Both the position numbers and the translations under genes were made by a program. The notes under the pieces were generated by a model. That model was not told where the DNA came from. It saw nothing but the letters and a program-made list of their open reading frames with translations, and did not search any database. 18,559 nt of DNA. Origin: Promethearchaeota archaeon (GTDB taxonomy: Archaea; Asgardarchaeota; Lokiarchaeia; Sigyniarchaeales; SOKP01). Positions 16,964-18,559 of this stretch are shown here, one piece after another. The DNA is taken from NCBI GenBank assembly GCA_048938895.1, contig JBHLLU010000066.1:1-18559 (forward strand). The letters run 5' to 3'. Position 1 is the first letter of the stretch. Each line of letters opens with the position of its first letter.

Positions 16964-17311
16964 ATGAAAGGGAAATATTGTAAAGTTATAAAAGAATATA
17001 AAACACCATTTCCTGATCCACTGAAGATAGAAAAGGATGAATATGTCCAGATTGAAGAGAGAGAAAGCGAGTGGCCTGGGTGGATTTGGTGTATTACTAA
17101 GATTGGGAAGGAAGGATGGGTTCCAAAGAGTTATCTTGAAATCCAAGAGATTAATGCTAAATTGCTTCAGAATTATGACGCGACCGAATTATCAGTTATG
17201 GTAGGGGAAGAGTTTATGATTGAAGATGAGGAAAGCGGTTGGTTTTGGGTAACTAACGAGCAAGGAAAAAAAGGTTGGATTCCAATTGAGAATGTAAAGA
17301 TTATAAAATAA
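16964..17311 (+). CDS. Tandem SH3-domain protein
   Basis: Two units with the SH3 signature: EY..P..DPL....GWIWC...GKEGWVPKSYL and NYDATELSV..GE....SGWFW...GKKGWIPIENV. Confidence 0.88.
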   Translation: MKGKYCKVIKEYKTPFPDPLKIEKDEYVQIEERESEWPGWIWCITKIGKEGWVPKSYLEIQEINAKLLQNYDATELSVMVGEEFMIEDEESGWFWVTNEQGKKGWIPIENVKIIK

Positions 17312-17320
17312 CAATCAATA

Positions 17321-17467
17321 TTAACTGTTAGTGGGATTTATTTTAGTGAATTTATTGTGATTCTTTAATTCTTCGCATATTTCAAGCAGATGATCGTACA
17401 AAAGATTTCTTGTCCATTTTGGAAGCTGAATATCAACCTTACCCAATTTTTCTGCTAATTTTTTCAT
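17321..17467 (-). CDS. Candidate 48-aa small protein or gene remnant (not in ORF track)
   Basis: MKKLAEKLGKVDIQLPKWTRNLLYDHLLEICEELKNHNKFTKINPTNS*; fills the gap between the SH3 and patB genes. Confidence 0.4.
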   Translation of the reverse strand: MKKLAEKLGKVDIQLPKWTRNLLYDHLLEICEELKNHNKFTKINPTNS

Positions 17468-17575
17468 CAAATAAATAATTAATTACTTCAAATAAAGCTT
17501 AATTTTAAAGTAGTTTGTGAGTATTAATGCAAAGAAAAACAATTTTATGATTATACTTATAAAGAGAAAATTAAA

Positions 17576-18559
17576 TTAACTCGATGCAAATACTTTAAGA
17601 GCGTGATGAATTCTTTTTAGAGCATCTTGTAGAACAGAGCGAGGACATGCAATATTTATCCGTTGGAATCCTTCGCCTCCTTTACCAAACTTGGCGCCAT
17701 CATCCAATGCCACTTTGGCTTTTTCAAGCAAAAATTTTTCCAGTTGTTCATGATGTATCCCTAGATTACTAAAATCAAGCCATACGAGAAATGTTCCTTC
17801 GGGTTTAATAACTTTTATTTGAGGAATATTATCTCTAAGGAACTCTTCGAGAAATTGTAAATTCTGTTTTAAATATTGAATTAAAGAGATTAACCACTCA
17901 TCACAATTTCTGTAAGCTGCTGTAAAGGCTACTAGTGATAGTGTATTAGGGAGATACCCAAATTCTTCAGGGATGAAAAGACTCTCAACGGAATTTCTAA
18001 AACTATCACGTAGTTTTTTATTTGGTATTATAATGTTTGAAAGCTGTAACCCAGCAAGATTGAATGTTTTACTCAATGAAGTACATGTTATAGAATTCAG
18101 AGCGAATTCTTCTCTAATTTTAGCAAAATTGCAATGTTTATATCCGGGATAGATTAAGTCGCAATGAATTTCATCAGAAAGGATAATAATTTCATTTTCG
18201 ATACAAAGTTCACCAAGTTGAATTAACTCATCTCTACTCCAAACTCTTCCGATTGGATTATGAGGATTACAAAGTATTAACATTTTAACTCGTGGATCTT
18301 TTACTTTTTGTTTTAAATCGTCATAATCCATTATATAACGTCCATTTAATAGTTTTAATTGATTAAATAGAATTTTTCGTCCACTATTTTCAATAGCACC
18401 ATAAAATGGATAGTAAACAGGATTTTGAACAACTATTTTATCTCCTGGATTAGTATAAGTTCGAAGAGATACATTTATTGCTGGAATTACTCCTGGTGTA
18501 AAAGATAGCCATTCTTTTTTTATCTCCCAACTATAATGGCGTTTAAACCATCCTAAAAC
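17576..18559 (-). CDS. patB: MalY/PatB-family PLP-dependent cystathionine beta-lyase/aminotransferase, 5'-truncated by the window edge
   Basis: LCNPHNPIGRVW, SDEIHCD, SLSKTFNLAGL, PEGTFLVWLD, RINIACPR; the frame stays open from 18331 to 18559 (VLGWFKRHYSW..FTPGVIPA..PGDKIVVQNPVYYPF). Confidence 0.93.
   Translation of the reverse strand, partial: VLGWFKRHYSWEIKKEWLSFTPGVIPAINVSLRTYTNPGDKIVVQNPVYYPFYGAIENSGRKILFNQLKLLNGRYIMDYDDLKQKVKDPRVKMLILCNPHNPIGRVWSRDELIQLGELCIENEIIILSDEIHCDLIYPGYKHCNFAKIREEFALNSITCTSLSKTFNLAGLQLSNIIIPNKKLRDSFRNSVESLFIPEEFGYLPNTLSLVAFTAAYRNCDEWLISLIQYLKQNLQFLEEFLRDNIPQIKVIKPEGTFLVWLDFSNLGIHHEQLEKFLLEKAKVALDDGAKFGKGGEGFQRINIACPRSVLQDALKRIHHALKVFASS

Noticed and set aside
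7953-17146. Short ORFs 7953-8201, 10704-10919, 13105-13290, 13755-13973, 14274-14600, 14616-14840 and 16922-17146
   Set aside because: Antisense overlaps of recognisable genes, with no motifs of their own.
18329-18331. ORF-track start of the PatB protein at 18331
   Set aside because: The frame stays open with conserved PatB sequence to the window edge, so the true start lies outside the window.
1-18559. CRISPR arrays, tRNA/rRNA, transposase/integrase or provirus genes
   Set aside because: No regularly spaced repeats, cloverleaf or rRNA-like GC-rich tracts, or recombinase motifs seen by eye.

Overview
AT-rich prokaryotic window. Archaeal-style TATA boxes, GGTGA ribosome-binding sites before TTG starts, a sequon-rich surface protein, a longin-like domain and a TrmB-type regulator suggest an Asgard archaeon, probably Lokiarchaeia (inference). 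Most genes are metabolic or transport genes: an SDR, a DUF6786-like protein, a PHP phosphoesterase, an M29 aminopeptidase, a VOC protein, an MFS exporter, two HAD hydrolases, a DUF6512-like membrane protein, a divergent adenylate-forming enzyme, a Cys-rich membrane protein, a tandem-SH3 protein and a MalY/PatB enzyme cut by the right edge. The most striking part is a co-oriented three-gene cluster at 1476-6868. It encodes a membrane-anchored surface glycoprotein, a longin + tandem winged-helix protein (NPRL2-like layout), and a 651-aa TrmB-like regulator. That regulator has three 35-aa helical repeats, a Pro-rich linker with five psi-K-x-E motifs and an extra C-terminal helical domain. The cluster may be a membrane-to-DNA signalling module. 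Also seen: a possible structured ncRNA at about 15392-15507, three candidate small proteins and several operator-like repeats. I found no rRNA, tRNA, CRISPR array or transposase.
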